The notes: generated from the letters alone by a model not told the origin. Numbered from the whole stretch's first letter, positions 1 to 13,558 are shown. The stretch: 61,626 nt of DNA, filler included, from Albugo candida (GCA_040437565.1; 5 parts of 5 records of this genome joined end to end with filler, not necessarily neighbours in it), one strand, 5' to 3'. Numbers and translations are program-made.

Positions 1-701
1 ACATGCTGTAATCAAAAAAGCTGTCGGGTTATCAGTACCCTATGGTCATATTGTACCATCAAAATCCTGTGACAAAAAGGCGAATGGAAACCCTCGAGCT
101 TCTGGTGGAGACAGTTCCGGACTTAGGTGCGATTTTACAGCGTCGATTGAACAGTTCATATGAAAAAAGCAGAGAAGTAGAATGCTTGTACAAGTAGCCG
201 AGATTAGAGTGAGATATACTATGGATAAGTCCGACGTGCGAGAATCTAAGCAATCACGTATGTGCTAAGCGAACGCCATACTTTGGTGAGTAGCTGCTGA
301 TTACGCTGTTAATAGTATACGGTTTCTAAATCGCTTTTTTTGTGGATGGATGTAGTGTGGTAATATCGAGGCTCTATGCAGGCAACGTGTAAGCTCGTAG
401 AAGAGGAAATAAAGAATTTTTCATCTATCATTACCTGTCGTTTCGAATCAGAGCTACTAGTAAGTACATTGGCCCTTCCCACAAAGCTGATCAAAGCTTT
501 CCTGATTACTTTACGATACTACAACGCTGTATAATGCATCGCATGAGCGAGAGTCAGTCGGAAAGCGCTGGAATGATACCTTGAAGCTCGGTTTGAATAG
601 TAGTTTGGAGTAGGGGCATGGAAAAATAAGAGAGATTCTGTGTTTCAAATGTGGTAGCCGTTAACATTCGATCAAATCTCTTCACAATAATGCGTATATT
701 T

Positions 702-875
702 TATTGGTTGCGGTTTTCGAGTGAAACGTTGTAAAAAACCGATGTCGGTCTCCCACCCTCGGATGTGCATAGATTAGGTTTAGCATGGCTGATTATGAGA
801 GCGCACGACCAGGAAGCAAGAAAAGCTAAATATACTTACTTTCTACTTCTATCCACTTTTCTTCGTAGTCTAACA
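702..875 (+). repeat. 5' LTR of Copia element
   Basis: Starts TATTGGTT and ends ...TAACA; shares blocks such as CTCGGATGTGCATAGATTAGGTTTAGC and CAAGAAAAGCTAA with 4802-4973. Confidence 0.9.
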
Positions 876-888
876 GGTCATGAGCCCA
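876..888 (+). promoter_or_regulatory. Primer-binding site, copia half-tRNA-iMet type
   Basis: GGTCATGAGCCCA lies immediately after the LTR-terminal CA and resembles the Drosophila copia PBS GGTTATGGGCCCA. Confidence 0.8.
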
Positions 889-891
889 ACG

Positions 892-3800
892 ATGGATTCG
901 ACTGCTGCCGACGAAGATCGCCAGCAAACGACAGATGCCGGTCGCGAAAGGGTCGGTTCTTAAGGAGAAGACTTAGAGGTCAAGGACGACCAAGTGAAGA
1001 CGCAAGAGCAGCTGCAAGACCTACATGTAGGCCTAACAAAGCGCATGGATCGCATGGAGGCGTCACAAGAGGAGAAAGAGCGCTCGAATGGCCTCGAGTT
1101 CAGCGTTTTCTGCTCATTGATCGGAAGGGGTAATCCCATGAGCAGAGAGGCGCTTGACGTAACGCCACCTAGGCGTGTGTCGCCAGGGGTGTCTCTAACA
1201 CGTGTTTTGGCTTGCACCTGCGTGGATACGCTAATGCGGCTGCCAACGTGGAAATGGCTCACGCTCAGGAGCCAGCGCTACCTTATTATAATAGACCGCC
1301 ATCAGTTCACTTACCGGTCACACAACAGCAGTTTGTACCCGGGCCTCAGTTGGAACTTGTGCTAGCCAGTCGCCAACGGAAGCTGGGAATCCTTCCTTCC
1401 GACGGTAAAGAATTGTATTAAGGATTAGGAAGCGGGTTTCTATCTTGGGGTAAGAGGTTCGTTCGACAGATACAATTTGCAGAAAGGGCGTGTGGTATTT
1501 CGTGGAGCGAAGAGACCAAGGTTGACATACGTGGTCACCACCTAAATGGAATAGTTGAGCGCTATTACAACCGGTAGGTTGAAGGATGGTGGGAGATCAG
1601 CCGACACTAGAACATGCGATGCATAGGCTGCTGCACACTTTTGCGACCAACATCACGGCTGCACAAAGTATGAAGTTGTTCACGTGCCCAAGAGCGCGAG
1701 CAGGAGCACAACCTGTACCTAATGGCAGTAAGTGAGGCTTTTGGGGGTGTCGATAATCTTGTCCAGGATAACATCGTACACTATGCTGACACGGGAATGC
1801 GACATATCGATGCTAGCAAGATTGAACCTTGTGCGCACTGATTACCTACGACAGGCAGGGGGTTGGCTCACTTTGCTCAGTCAACGTAGATATAACTGCG
1901 TAGCAGGGTGGGAAGAGATGTCGTCAGTAACGTACAGAATGACAAACCAGACGCACCAAAGTATTACAAGTGCGGAAAGGCAGGACACCTTAAAGCGGCG
2001 TGTCCTGATACAAAAATGGGATTTTTAAGTCCGGAGACACTGATTTTGTACTGGCTGTACAAGGGACAAAACGGAGATGAATTTGGTTCTTTTTTTTGAT
2101 TATTTAAGAAGGTCTATGGTTGTTAGACAGTGGATCAATTCGCCATCTTTTCAACGATGTTGCTTACTGAGATATGCAGAGGTTTGTGTGAGCGAATGTT
2201 CAACTGCTGAACGAGGAGCACTGCGTATCATGAAGTGTGGTACTGTATTAAATAGTATAACGGGTATGGGAAAGGCAGCCAAGGTGCGACTGCTCGATGT
2301 CTACTACGCCGAAAATCTGGAGAGGAACATCATTTCCTACGGTCTACTTGAAGCCAAGGGGTACGGTACATCTGAATGACGACACAATTATACGCGTGGC
2401 TAAGGATCCTGCTTCTGAAATTCTCCGTATTAACGTGAAGCGTGCAAATTGTCTATCTTGTGCGCAAGGCAAGCAAAATAAGAACCAGCAATCGCGTAAG
2501 GATACGGGAAGAAACTCGTCGACTGATGTTATTGGGGTTGTGATCTGCTCAGATCTGAAAGTGCCAATGACACCGAAAGATCGCCTCGGTAACCGGTATA
2601 TGGTTATTTATCGACCACCGCATCAATTACTGCAAAATATTCTTGGCTAAAACCAAGGATACCGCAGCTCAAAAGTTGAAGCAATTTATGGCTTTCTTCG
2701 AGAGACGATTCAGCTGTCGATTTCACGTCCTCAGAACGGACGGAGGCGGCGAGTATCAAGTGCCGGATTTGTTTTATAAGGAAACCGGCATAGCGCAACA
2801 GATAAGTGGACCAAGGGACCAAGCCAGCAATGAAAAGGCAGAAAGAATGCACCATACCATAATGAACATGGTGTGGAGCATGATTTTTACCGGTGATTTA
2901 TCGTTGAGCTTTCTGGGAGATGCCGCTGAATATTCTGCGTACGTTCTTACTAGGAGCCACAGTGGCAACAAGGCAGGCCGTTACCACTTCAAATTCTCAC
3001 GAACAACACACCTTTACTTAGCGATATCGTGGTATTTGGCTCGCCATGTATGGTACACCGCGACGCGAGGAACAAATCGCTGGGCGAGAGAGGCAAGGCT
3101 GGCCTAATTCTTGGAATGAATGATGAAATTAAGGGCTATCGAGTCTATATTATGATGGAAAAGGTTTTTAATTGGTAACTCAGCATGTCCGGAACGTCGA
3201 GACACTCACTACTACACACAATGAGCAGCTCGGACGTTCACTTCTCAAAGTTGAATACACGTAGTACCACCCAAGGGCATTCACGTTTGCACACCAAATG
3301 GGTGTTTAGAACCATAACAGACGCTGACGGTGCCATTGAAAGTTTTAAGGCCAGGCTCGTAACCTGCGGTAACGAGCGCTATTCGGCGTTGATTACGGGC
3401 TCACGGTTGCGGTGGTCATCGGTTAAGCACTGTCAGGTCAATTCTTAAACTTGGACGTCATTAGGGAGTACCGGTCAAGCATGGGGACATCCCCAACGCC
3501 TACGTCAAGGCAGAAAAAGACAAAAACATGGAGATTTACCTTTGTATACCACAGGGATCGAAAATAACTGACGGCGCTACAAAGGAACTTGGCGTGGAAA
3601 GTGAGATAAGGCTGACTCTACGACTTGTTAAATCTCTTTACGGTATAAAGCAGGCCGGGAGGATATGGAGTCGACTGCTTCACGATAAACTGAAGGAAGC
3701 TGGTTTTACGCGATGCATTACTGATATGTGCGTATATTTCAAGAGTTTTGAATGTGATATAACAGTCGTTGGTGCTTGCGTTGATCATTTGCTGGTAGCA

Positions 3801-4750
3801 GTTCCTTCGCCGCGCTGGTACAGGAATTTTTCTGTAAAGGGTACGCTGTCAATATAGGACCTCGGGAAGGCGCAAAAATTTCTTGGAACGCGCATTGAAC
3901 ATGAAAAGAATGGTGGATACACGTTGGATCAACAAGCGGCAATTGAAGAGCTTTTGGAACAACATGGTCTCGTTGAAGCTAATGGCGTAACAGACCAATC
4001 ATTGATGAGTGCTACGAAGTACACTGCGAAGAAGTGCGTCTAATCGAGCAAATGAAGGGTGGCAAGGAAACAACAGTGCGGGATTTTTAGTCCCTCGTGG
4101 GCATCCTGCTGTGGATCGCCCGCTGTACCCTGCCAGAAATCAGCTTTTCGGTGTATAGGGCCCTGCGACGTACGCACCAGCCAGCCACAAGTGACTGGAC
4201 GCTTTCGAAACGATTTTCTCGCTACCTTAAGCATACGAAGACACCGATGCTGCGGTTGGATGTTCATAAACCTTGGACAGCACGTTCGTCTTGATCTGCT
4301 GGAACGACTCCAACTTCACTGCAGACAAGGGTGATAGGAAGTCCGTAAGCGACGGCATTGTTACTATGGACGGAGTTATCATACAGTGGTCTTTAAGAAA
4401 CATACATGCGTTTAACTGTCGACTATGGAGGCGGGATCTACGTCTGCATCGCATGTCGGACGTGAGCTTCTTGGACTTAGGGAGCTGGTACGAGAGATTG
4501 GTTTTCAAGGGGCAGAACCTCTGTGCATGATGATGAATAAATCAAGCCGCGATTTGGCAGCTGGAAACTGAAGACAGCATGGCTGGCTCTAAACACGTGA
4601 TATACGGGTAAAAGTCATTCGTGATTACTCTATCAAGGTAATTGTCAAGCCGCAGTACGTGGAATCTCGTCTGATGGAGGCTGCTCGCTGACCAAGTCAC
4701 TACCGGCGCCGTGAATGACGGAGCTGCGCGATCTCGTCAGATTACGCTAA
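892..4750 (+). pseudogene. Copia gag-pol polyprotein, multiply disrupted
   Basis: Zinc knuckle YKCGKAGHLKAACP (~1963-2004); integrase LRTDGGGEY and AERMHHTIMNM; RT TKWVF...FKARLV, GDIPNAY and LVKSLYGIKQAGRIW; RNase H DRKSVS. Spread over many short frames. Confidence 0.92.
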
Positions 4751-4792
4751 TTTTGGGATTGTCTTGTTGAATGAGGCGTCAAGTCAACGACC

Positions 4793-4801
4793 GAGGAAGA
4801 G
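4793..4801 (+). promoter_or_regulatory. Polypurine tract
   Basis: GAGGAAGAG directly abuts the start of the 3' LTR. Confidence 0.75.
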
Positions 4802-4973
4802 TATTGGTTTCGGATTCGAGTCGACCGTTGTAAGAAACCGGTATCGATCGCCCACTCTCGGATGTGCATAGATTAGGTTTAGCCAGGCTGGTTGTGAGAG
4901 CACACGGCTAGTAATCAAGAAAAGCTAATTATATTTACTTCTACTTCTATCCTCTTCTATCCAACGTCCAGCA
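4802..4973 (+). repeat. 3' LTR of Copia element
   Basis: Diverged direct repeat of 702-875; starts TATTGGTT and ends ...CCAGCA. Confidence 0.88.
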
Positions 4974-7900
4974 TAATATCGGTACATCATGACACGCAAG
5001 TTAGAAAAGAAAGCCTCTGGCTCGCAAAGCCCATTGATTGTTATGCGGATCACATCCGCAATTGATATTCACCGCATCCTTGAGACTACTGGTTCGTTAA
5101 ACTTATTGGTCAGGTATCTACTTCTCAAGTGTACTCATCTGGTCGTCAATTTATGCCGCAATGTTGTGCAATCAAATTCATTGGTGTACTCGGCTTGGTA
5201 TATTGTAGTATATACAAAGTTTACACAAAGATCACAATGCAGTAACTACTGAGCCATCTCAGTATTCTTAGCGTTGCTGCACGCATAAATATAAGCTTCA
5301 AGCAGATCTGAAATTGATTGGGATCTCGTGGGACCCCTCTCAGGACGGATGAAAGTTTTCCATGATTAGAGAGCTTTGCTCACGTGGATCTCTGGATGAT
5401 GCAAGCCATTCTTCATATAACTGTGGTCAGTAGAATGGGTCTCTCAACGCTTGCCTCTTGCACCATAATTCGAGGGAAAGTGAGTGAAGTTCAAATCGAT
5501 GTAGATATTCAAGTCAAACATTCGATTAACGATTTCGTGGCGGAGATTATAAAAATATATATCGAAAGTGGCAGATAAGGGTCATTTTGTAAAAAAAATC
5601 AGTCCACAATGGCAGATTTTCTTGGCTCCGATATGGATTCTGTCTGAAATCTATTCCTGCTTTCCATACAGCAATTGATTTGAATGGCTTTGCCTAGTGC
5701 GTCATTCTTGACTGAAAACACTCAATGCTGGAAGCATGCAAGTCTTTCTCAAACAATCACTATGTGAACTCAAGGATACCCGAAATGCTTTAACATAATT
5801 CACCAAGAGACAGCCATGCAATCGATCTCATACGCTTCATCAACTATCGTCAGTAATTCTCTGATTGCAGAATCAGATTTCCTATTGTAGAAAATAATCT
5901 GATGTCCGAATTTGCTTGATATGATTTCTGGTGTTTATTACAAAGAAGTCAGGGCCATGCAATAATATGAGTCGAAGACTTGGCCAATGAAGAAAATGAG
6001 GTTGATTTCGTATTTCGTGCCTCGATTGATCCTTGAGGGAAAGGCAGCACAGATGATTTGTTATGACGAAGCGTCAGCAGAGACGAAATAAAACACCTCT
6101 CAAAAGTTTTGGATCGGTATGCAAGAAACCTTATGGTACCACAAGAAGTATTGATTGAATCCGAGTGGTAAGAATTTCAAGCAAAAATGTAAAGGGCAAT
6201 CCTGATACTATCTGCTTCCAAAAGTGACTTGATCATTAAGCATCATGTGCTCACGTGTACGAATTCGTCTCTCCGATTATGAAGAGATGTGTTACTTTCT
6301 TCTGTTTCTGGTACGGAAGCACATAGATTCTGGTAATAGCTCCAAAACCTTTGGATTCTGTGAAGTTTTGCCAAGCTGCTTAATGATTTATCATGATTAA
6401 AATGCGTGGAAGAGGAGGTCGCGACACAGCGGTAATCTCATTGCCAAATTATACGAAGTTGATTGATGCGTTTAGACATTATCGGGAACCTTAATCTCGC
6501 TTTTATCTACCTTACCACATTTCAGAATCACTTAACACAGCTACAATCTCTGTATACGACGGAGTAGACTTTTGCACGCTGAAGTGAGAACAAAGTCAAA
6601 GTTGCTCCTCGCTTCATGCAAGAGAAAGTAGAAATGAAGATAAAAAACGACGGTAGAAAAGATTCTAATCGAAAGTGACATAACAATGTCAATGCGTCCA
6701 AAAACCTCCAACAGCTATCGACACGAAACGCATGTAACTTTTCTATGTTGACACGATCTACTAAATGTATGTCGGCCCCGTGCACGGGTCCTTTTTTTGG
6801 ACCCTACAAATATTCTAAGTGATTCCGGCTCAGGCATGTATGTTGAAATTCCTCATGTTCAATCTTTAGAGACTGATGCATTAGTCCTCAATTCAGCGCC
6901 CAAGATGAGCTATAGGGTTCTACCTCATAACTTGAGGACAGTCGTAAAGCTACAAAGAAGTCTCAATGCTCAAAGATAAAAAAGCTATTCAATCTGGCTG
7001 GTTGACCAATAATCGCTTTGCATAATTGTGTCCTGGACAAAAATGAGGCTTTCACGGAAAAATGTGAGCTTTTACAACATAGTGTAGGTTCTCCTTTCTG
7101 TTGGTCTGACGGAAATAAGCGTCACCTTACGAGAATGTGCTTCAAGTATCAATGCTAATTAAGCCTGATTTGGCCTTTTTGCTGGTTCAGGTGCTATAAA
7201 AGTATGAACTATTGCCTTAATCAGCGACAAATATCATTTCATCGCGACTCATTCAGCTAAGACCTAATTTTCGAACTGCGATCATCTGTCCTTTCTCATT
7301 TGAAACATTACGTATTTGCTGCTTTGATCAAAGTTGATGGCAGAAGCTTCGGAAAAACGTCATAAGGAGCGTGCAGGAATACTCGGACTCGCTTGTCGAT
7401 TTTAATGATACGGAAGACAAGACTTATAAGCTGTGATGGAACGAAGTTTGTGGTGGACTTTCACATATCCCTTTTCGATCCTCTCGTACTAGAATTAGAT
7501 TTTTTCATTTTTCGTTTTTTGTAGAAAAAATATTCGAATTATTTTGATCCAGCTGTGTTGCTCTAACGCAACTCTGATTATTGCGCCGAATGTGAAGACC
7601 AAAAATAAAGCTTCCTAAAAGTAGCGATCCAACAAGCGTAACCGTATATGTCCAGCATCATAATCGATCTTGCAACGTGGATCGAAGATGCCTTGTCAAG
7701 CATCATTGTTCTTGGTTTTGTGACTGTTGAGGTTAAGAGCAATCTTGTTTGTGATGCAGATCCTTTGAAATTTGTCTCATTTTTTGGAAGAAATATTGCA
7801 CATTCCTGCATAAATAAGAGTGATGACCCGTACAAGTACTGTGTGTGTCAAATATCGTGGTTAACCCATAACGCTTCGACCGGCTGGAAATACAATCATT

Positions 7901-10259
7901 TAATGGGATTATCCCCTTTAGTTCTTGATAATAGTCTGCGCTGCAGTGCCTCTTCCAAACACGATTGACAATAGGGTTGCATTATAGTGACGACATAAAA
8001 TGTGATATTGGTATAATGCTCCCAGATGATGCCACTTATTGACGAGTCTTAACTAAGGTCGACTAATTCATTTCATCGAGACCGCTACAAAAAACCAATT
8101 CTATTATCTAGGCCATTTCCAGGCTCTAGCAGCACACGCATAGTCGTCGATCTCATGGACAGTCATGTGCGATCACTTGAAGCTAGGGTTATTTTTGTGT
8201 TAATGATCTGTCCGACTGCTGTAATGAAGCGATTATTGAGACAGTTGTAACACTAATACTATTTATTCTTCTCAATTATACAAAAATTCTAACGGCACGT
8301 AGCCTCGTGAACGTCTACTTGCCAAAAACTTTCGTATACTTCTCGATGTGCCGGATGTGTGGGCTCTGTATTTCCTGTATATGGGAAACCAATGGAGCAT
8401 TTCTGAAATCAAAAAAGATCTTTCCAAATTTTCCTCGGCGTAGTTAAATCAGCAATTCTTAATGTGTAACGTCTGCAGCTCATGCGTACACTATTGCATG
8501 AAGTCAGACCCAATAACTGGCTCTGGCATAACAATGGCAGCGTCTCAGAGCAATCTTAACTAGACTAGACCGCAAAAAGAACGAGATTGCCTGTACTTCA
8601 ACAATTCCTTCGTAAATATGTCGTCGCTGAATTTCTCGCAATCTTTGTCGATTAATAACAGGTCTGGAAGGCATATGATAGACCGTCGAATTTTGGAACC
8701 ATGTTCAACCAAACTTCATCCCCTCAACGAAAAAAGCAGCGTGTTCAAGCTTGATTGTTGCGAATTTTTCAAATTGTTTTGGAGAACTTTGCAGCTTCAT
8801 TGATAGACATGTAGAAAATAAAAAGCGTTGCAGGAGGTCAAGATCGCCATGCTAAGAGCAACGACCATTACATAACGACCCACATACCTATGTCTCAATC
8901 GACTGCCACTTAACCTGTATTATCCAGCGATACTGCCACACGTAAACAAGTCAACTTGACGCACGCATTGTCATATCATTAACTAATAAAGAAATAGTAT
9001 GGAGCCTTTGCTTGGTTCTGATATGACAAATGCCCTATATCTCACGTCAAAGATTGCTATCAGGAATTTTGACAACAACGCAAATTCGTTGCACCAAAAC
9101 AACGAAATAGACCCAGATTCTATGTAACGAACCAAAGCATAAAGACGCAATACTACTCCATCACGATTTTGGGTTTTGATACCTTGCTCCGACCACGTTG
9201 CCAGTGTCATTTTGAGCATTGGATTATCCTAATTCCATACTGCTATTCAGTACATTAAGTCTGCATTTTCTTCGTCATTGACACACCGCAAAGTAGTTGG
9301 TATCACTCATACACCACTGAAAGCAATGATTTGACTAGCTTGGACGCTATGAAACAAACTAATACTGCACCGCTTTATGGCCCGCATGGATCTATCGTGA
9401 GGTCGACGCACGGAATGTATTGTTGTATTTGGTAGATCTAAATAACTCATTCCTTATATTCATTTGGACCTTATAGGATTCTAGGATGATGAAACGTGCA
9501 CGACAAATGGATTTCAAAACCTGACAGAAAGTAGATCCAAGCATACAGGTGGTTTGATGGAAGCAAAGATCAAAAAACCTCTCAGATACTTTGCAGAAGT
9601 CCAACATGAAGACGACTCTGCAATCGAGCGTGATTCTACAAGTCAACCACATAAATCATCGGAAGAAAAAATAAAACGGGATTCTGTACATGTAGTCGGG
9701 ATTCGAGTGAGATATACTTTTATTGATGGGATTCCCACGGAAGTAGATTTCATCAGTGAAGCAGCTATAGAATGTTAACGTGAATTTGTAGACTACTGCT
9801 AAGTTTGCGCGCTCATGATCTTTTATTACATACATTCGATTATGATTATGTAAAGTACTTGAGCTGCATTCGAAAAAAGTGGACTAGGAAGCTCATGAAG
9901 CACATTTTAACAAATCAAGTTGTGCAAGATCATCGTGGAGTGAAGATTTTTTGGGCTAAGAAATATCCACATCGCATCCAAACGACCAAGTCTTGGAGGG
10001 CATAACCGCGGAAGTACAATTTCTCGAAATAATGTATTGCAGTAATGCGAAGAGCTACCAGACGGTTGCATATCACTTCAAAATAGTAATTTGCCGAAAT
10101 AAGTTTAATCATAGCTCTGATAATCTATAAGGTCGAGGAGGGACAAATTTGTATCGATGTGGAAGAAATTTCAATTGAAGAATGATCTGACGGACAAACC
10201 TACGTCAGCCTCGCTAAGCACCTATCATACAACGACGTGTCATCTGAATTGTGTCAGTG

Positions 10260-11247
10260 TACCCAGCTTATGGGCAAAATGACACAGTTCTTCGGCTTGC
10301 CTTCTGGTGCTTTCTCTTATTGTATTGACACGGGTCATCACAGCTTGGTTAAGTTCAGGCTTTGCGTACTTGATAACGCTTCCCAGGAGCATATCGTTTG
10401 CTTTACTGAGGGTTTCACTGACTTCTGACAGGAATAAAAGTGCTCGCTATGAGAGCATCCAGTCGTTTTTTGCGGTAAAAAAGCGTGTTGCTAGCGTTCT
10501 GGTGATGTTGGGCCGAAACACTTCTCTGATCCGGTCCATCACTTCTCCAACGTTGGAGCACTGCGCCATCCGCTGAGTTACTTGCTGCTCGTAATAAGTG
10601 AGAGCTTTTCCAGCTGAGATGCCATCCTAGTCTGTCTAGCGTCACCTCCTCACTCCAAATCCCACCAGATGCTTGTTGGGCATGCGGTAGTTACCGCAAG
10701 AAACGATAAGCCCATTTCGTAAACAAAGCTTCAAGTCCAGAGTAGGTTTCTTTCCCGTCGAATGGCTGAATGGCGTTCTTCATATTCCTTGCTGCTGGGA
10801 AACTCACTCAATATAGCTCTTACAGCGCATTATGTTGCATGGCATGGACAAAGCTTCTCCTCATCCCGCTTCCACGATGCTGCATCGGTTCGCATCCAGG
10901 GATGACAATGTCAAACCCTTTCCTTGGTTTCTTGTACCAGCAAATACGCTCTCCGTTCGCGCGGGTGGGGCTGGTACGGGCGAGCCGACGCTCCGCTCGG
11001 TCTCGATTTTGTCGAGTCGATTTCCGAGTGCCTACAGCAGCACCATCATTCGGTGTATCTTCGACTAATCTAATTCTTCGTATTCTTCCATGGTGCTGGT
11101 TGATGGAATCTTAGTTAGGCTCCTAACCTGTTGGCAGGTGAGCGAAGATGGTTGCGCTCCAGAAAATTGCTAAAACTGCGGTTTTATTTTTAGACTAAGC
11201 ACCAAGTGCGACGAAAAACCTAAGCACAATCTTCAGTCCTTCCAACA
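10260..11247 (-). mobile_element. 5' remnant (LTR, PBS, gag) of a second Copia family
   Basis: Minus-strand reading IQPFDGKETYSGLEALFTKWAYRFLR*...WSEEVTLDRLGWHL...EELCHFA aligns by eye with the first element's gag (ILPSDGKELY*GLGSGFLSWGKRFVRQ...WSEETKVD...LAHFAQ). It is preceded by a PBS-like GGTTAGGAGCCTA (11116-11128, minus). Confidence 0.8.
11129..11247 (-). repeat. Putative 119-bp LTR of second Copia remnant
   Basis: Bounded by TGTTGGCAGG...CCTTCCAACA (9/10 inverted termini, canonical TG...CA) and directly adjacent to the PBS-like site. Confidence 0.7.
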
Positions 11248-13149
11248 TAACAGCATCATGCTTTTGAACTAGCAATGGATTTGAAATGTAGCAGAAGGAA
11301 ATGCAGAGGGTGATTAGTACCATGAAATTCACGTAAACTTGAGTGACCGCTTCTGACAAAATAACGACATAATTATTTAATCACTTCCGCATTATACGCT
11401 GTGTTTAATCATTCATGGACTGACGTCCTTCATCAACCAGACGACTTTCACAATTTTGATGACAAGCTTTATGATGCTTTTGTGGCTACCGAACGCAAGG
11501 TCAATCTTCCTACAATTGATATCTACCATGACACTGGAGTCTACATAATCACTGATAATATAATACTAGCGTCCGAAAGTCGTACGTGTGAGACGTACCA
11601 CCGTGGTTGTCATCGATGTGGATTGCACCATAACACTCCTTGATCGACTATAAAAAACGCTCGTTCACCCTGTGTTTACGAAGATTCCGAGATTGTGTGC
11701 CATTTGACGAGAATATCAGCTCAATTGTCGTATCTTAGTAAGTGAGCGCATTGATATAATCATCGCTGTCATCTACCTGCAGCTTGACGAGTCTTGGCAA
11801 TGTTAATTATGACTGGGAGCATCGAACAGTTTATTTTGCCGCATTATATGACCCAAAGAATCAGATCTTCGTGTAGAGCCCACCTCAGCGTGTATCTGGG
11901 ATAGAAGGCTAGAATTGCTCCATCGATTCCACATGAGACGAACTGCATGGAATATTGATAACAGTCACCGAAGCTGGGATATCAGCGGCAGAAAAGGCGA
12001 GCTCGGGACCAGAATTTCCTCTTGTGAAGTGAATGTATCATATGCAAACACAATGCATCAGCACTCGATCCGGGTACGGTAATCCAGTTTCACAGCAATG
12101 ATGTGGTTTTGGATTGTATATTTAGCGCGCGCTCGATTAGACCGGCAGTACAAGCCTTGTTTTTGTAGCTTCCATGCATGGGATTTTCCACTTCACAGTG
12201 AGACTATGCGTACGCCAAAAGTGCTTCAATCGAGAATAAGTATTACCCCTATGAATGTTGGGAATACTGGAATGAAGCGAAGGAAAGTAATGTATTACCT
12301 AGCGGTCGACGACATAGGCGATAAAAACGGAATGAATGGATTTAGTGGCAACAATTGCACGCCATTGTTATGCACAGCAATTCCCAGTCTAACTTGGCGT
12401 GCTTGTACATATACCCAAATCGGAGTACACACTCTGCAATTAGCCGTGCGAGCGGAATTAGAGCGGCCCCAACATGATTGCCTTGTTATAGCAGCTTCTT
12501 CTATGAAACTAAGTATCAGGAAAAGGACGAGCCCTGAGCCGATTGCCAATACAGCATAAAGAATAGATATTTTATCTCAGGACGAAAACATCAAGTCCAT
12601 CGTTAACGGTCCAGAGAAGAGCAGTCATATCATGTGATCCCGGTCTCTGCAAGTAAAGGAGGACTTGAGATTGAAATAGTTTTATCTATAGAATGGGCGA
12701 ACCGCAGCCTATCGAGAAAACAGGCTAAAGGAGCCTGGAGATGATTAAAGAAGTGCAAAATTGCTCCAAGGCTTGCATTGCTCAGCGAGGCCTACATGAA
12801 CTGGTGATTTTTCGTACCAAACACTCTGAAACGTAGTTAATCTGGCAGTATGTTTTCGCATTCAAAAGGCAAAAATATAGCATTCATACTCGCAAAGTAC
12901 AATAATTTTGATTTCTTTACTCAACGAAAAATGTGCATTCTTACTGTATCTTGAAAATTTCGCATGAATACATGCCCCAAATATGGAACGTGGATAATGG
13001 CTAGGTAAGGGTAATGGTTATCAGCTCTAAGGTATTGTAAGTTTCTTTCCCATCTTCTCTAAAAGAATATTCTTTTTTATTTACACAAGAAAAAGATCAC
13101 CATTGTACAATATTACTGCTGCCCATTTCCAGGCGAAGACCACGACTGA

Positions 13150-13212
13150 GTACTTTAGACCTATGTGTCTCACCTGTCTAGTCACGGTTCGCTTCCATAC
13201 TCGCAAAGTACG
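13150..13212. repeat. Short dispersed repeat (~63 bp), copy 1
   Basis: 31-bp core TCACGGTTCGCTTCCATACTCGCAAAGTACG is identical at 53523-53553; a 16-bp sub-copy lies at 12885-12900. Confidence 0.85.
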
Positions 13213-13558
13213 GTTCCGGTAGCTTAGAAACGTTACCCGTTGGAAGATACTCCGCAACGCTGCACTTTTCTTGTAAGATGCACTCATGGATACATCCTTT
13301 CCCAATGTTGCATACGCATTTAGGGAGGGGTACTCATAATTGTACGGTAGAGACCAACTCAATTTTCTCGAAATTGGTGTTCCGGATCATAAAAGATCGA
13401 ATAGAAATCTTCTCCATAATCAAACATTCATTCAACGGTCAACAGTAATGAAGCCATGTCAATTGAAGGCGTTCTGCATCGGCATACTTGGGGTATCAAC
13501 GAAAGCTGATGATAAGCGCGACGGAACCTTCATGGAAATGCGCTCCGTATTGGACGAA

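Larger units (their letters stand above)
702..4973 (+). mobile_element. Degenerate full-length Ty1/Copia LTR retrotransposon
   Basis: Two ~173-bp direct repeats (702-875, 4802-4973), a PBS after the first and a purine tract before the second. Internal domain order is gag/zinc knuckle, protease, integrase, RT, RNase H (Copia order), broken by stops and frameshifts. Confidence 0.95.

Noticed and set aside
6786..6803. GGGTCC-T6-GGACCC terminator-like hairpin
   Set aside because: A 6-bp stem is expected by chance and there is no prokaryotic gene context.
5000..10200. Numerous 60-110-aa ORFs
   Set aside because: No recognisable motifs; probably decayed genes or chance frames.
12098..12600. GVQLLPLNP resembling a GH81 glucanase motif
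   Set aside because: An isolated short match with no supporting flanking motifs.
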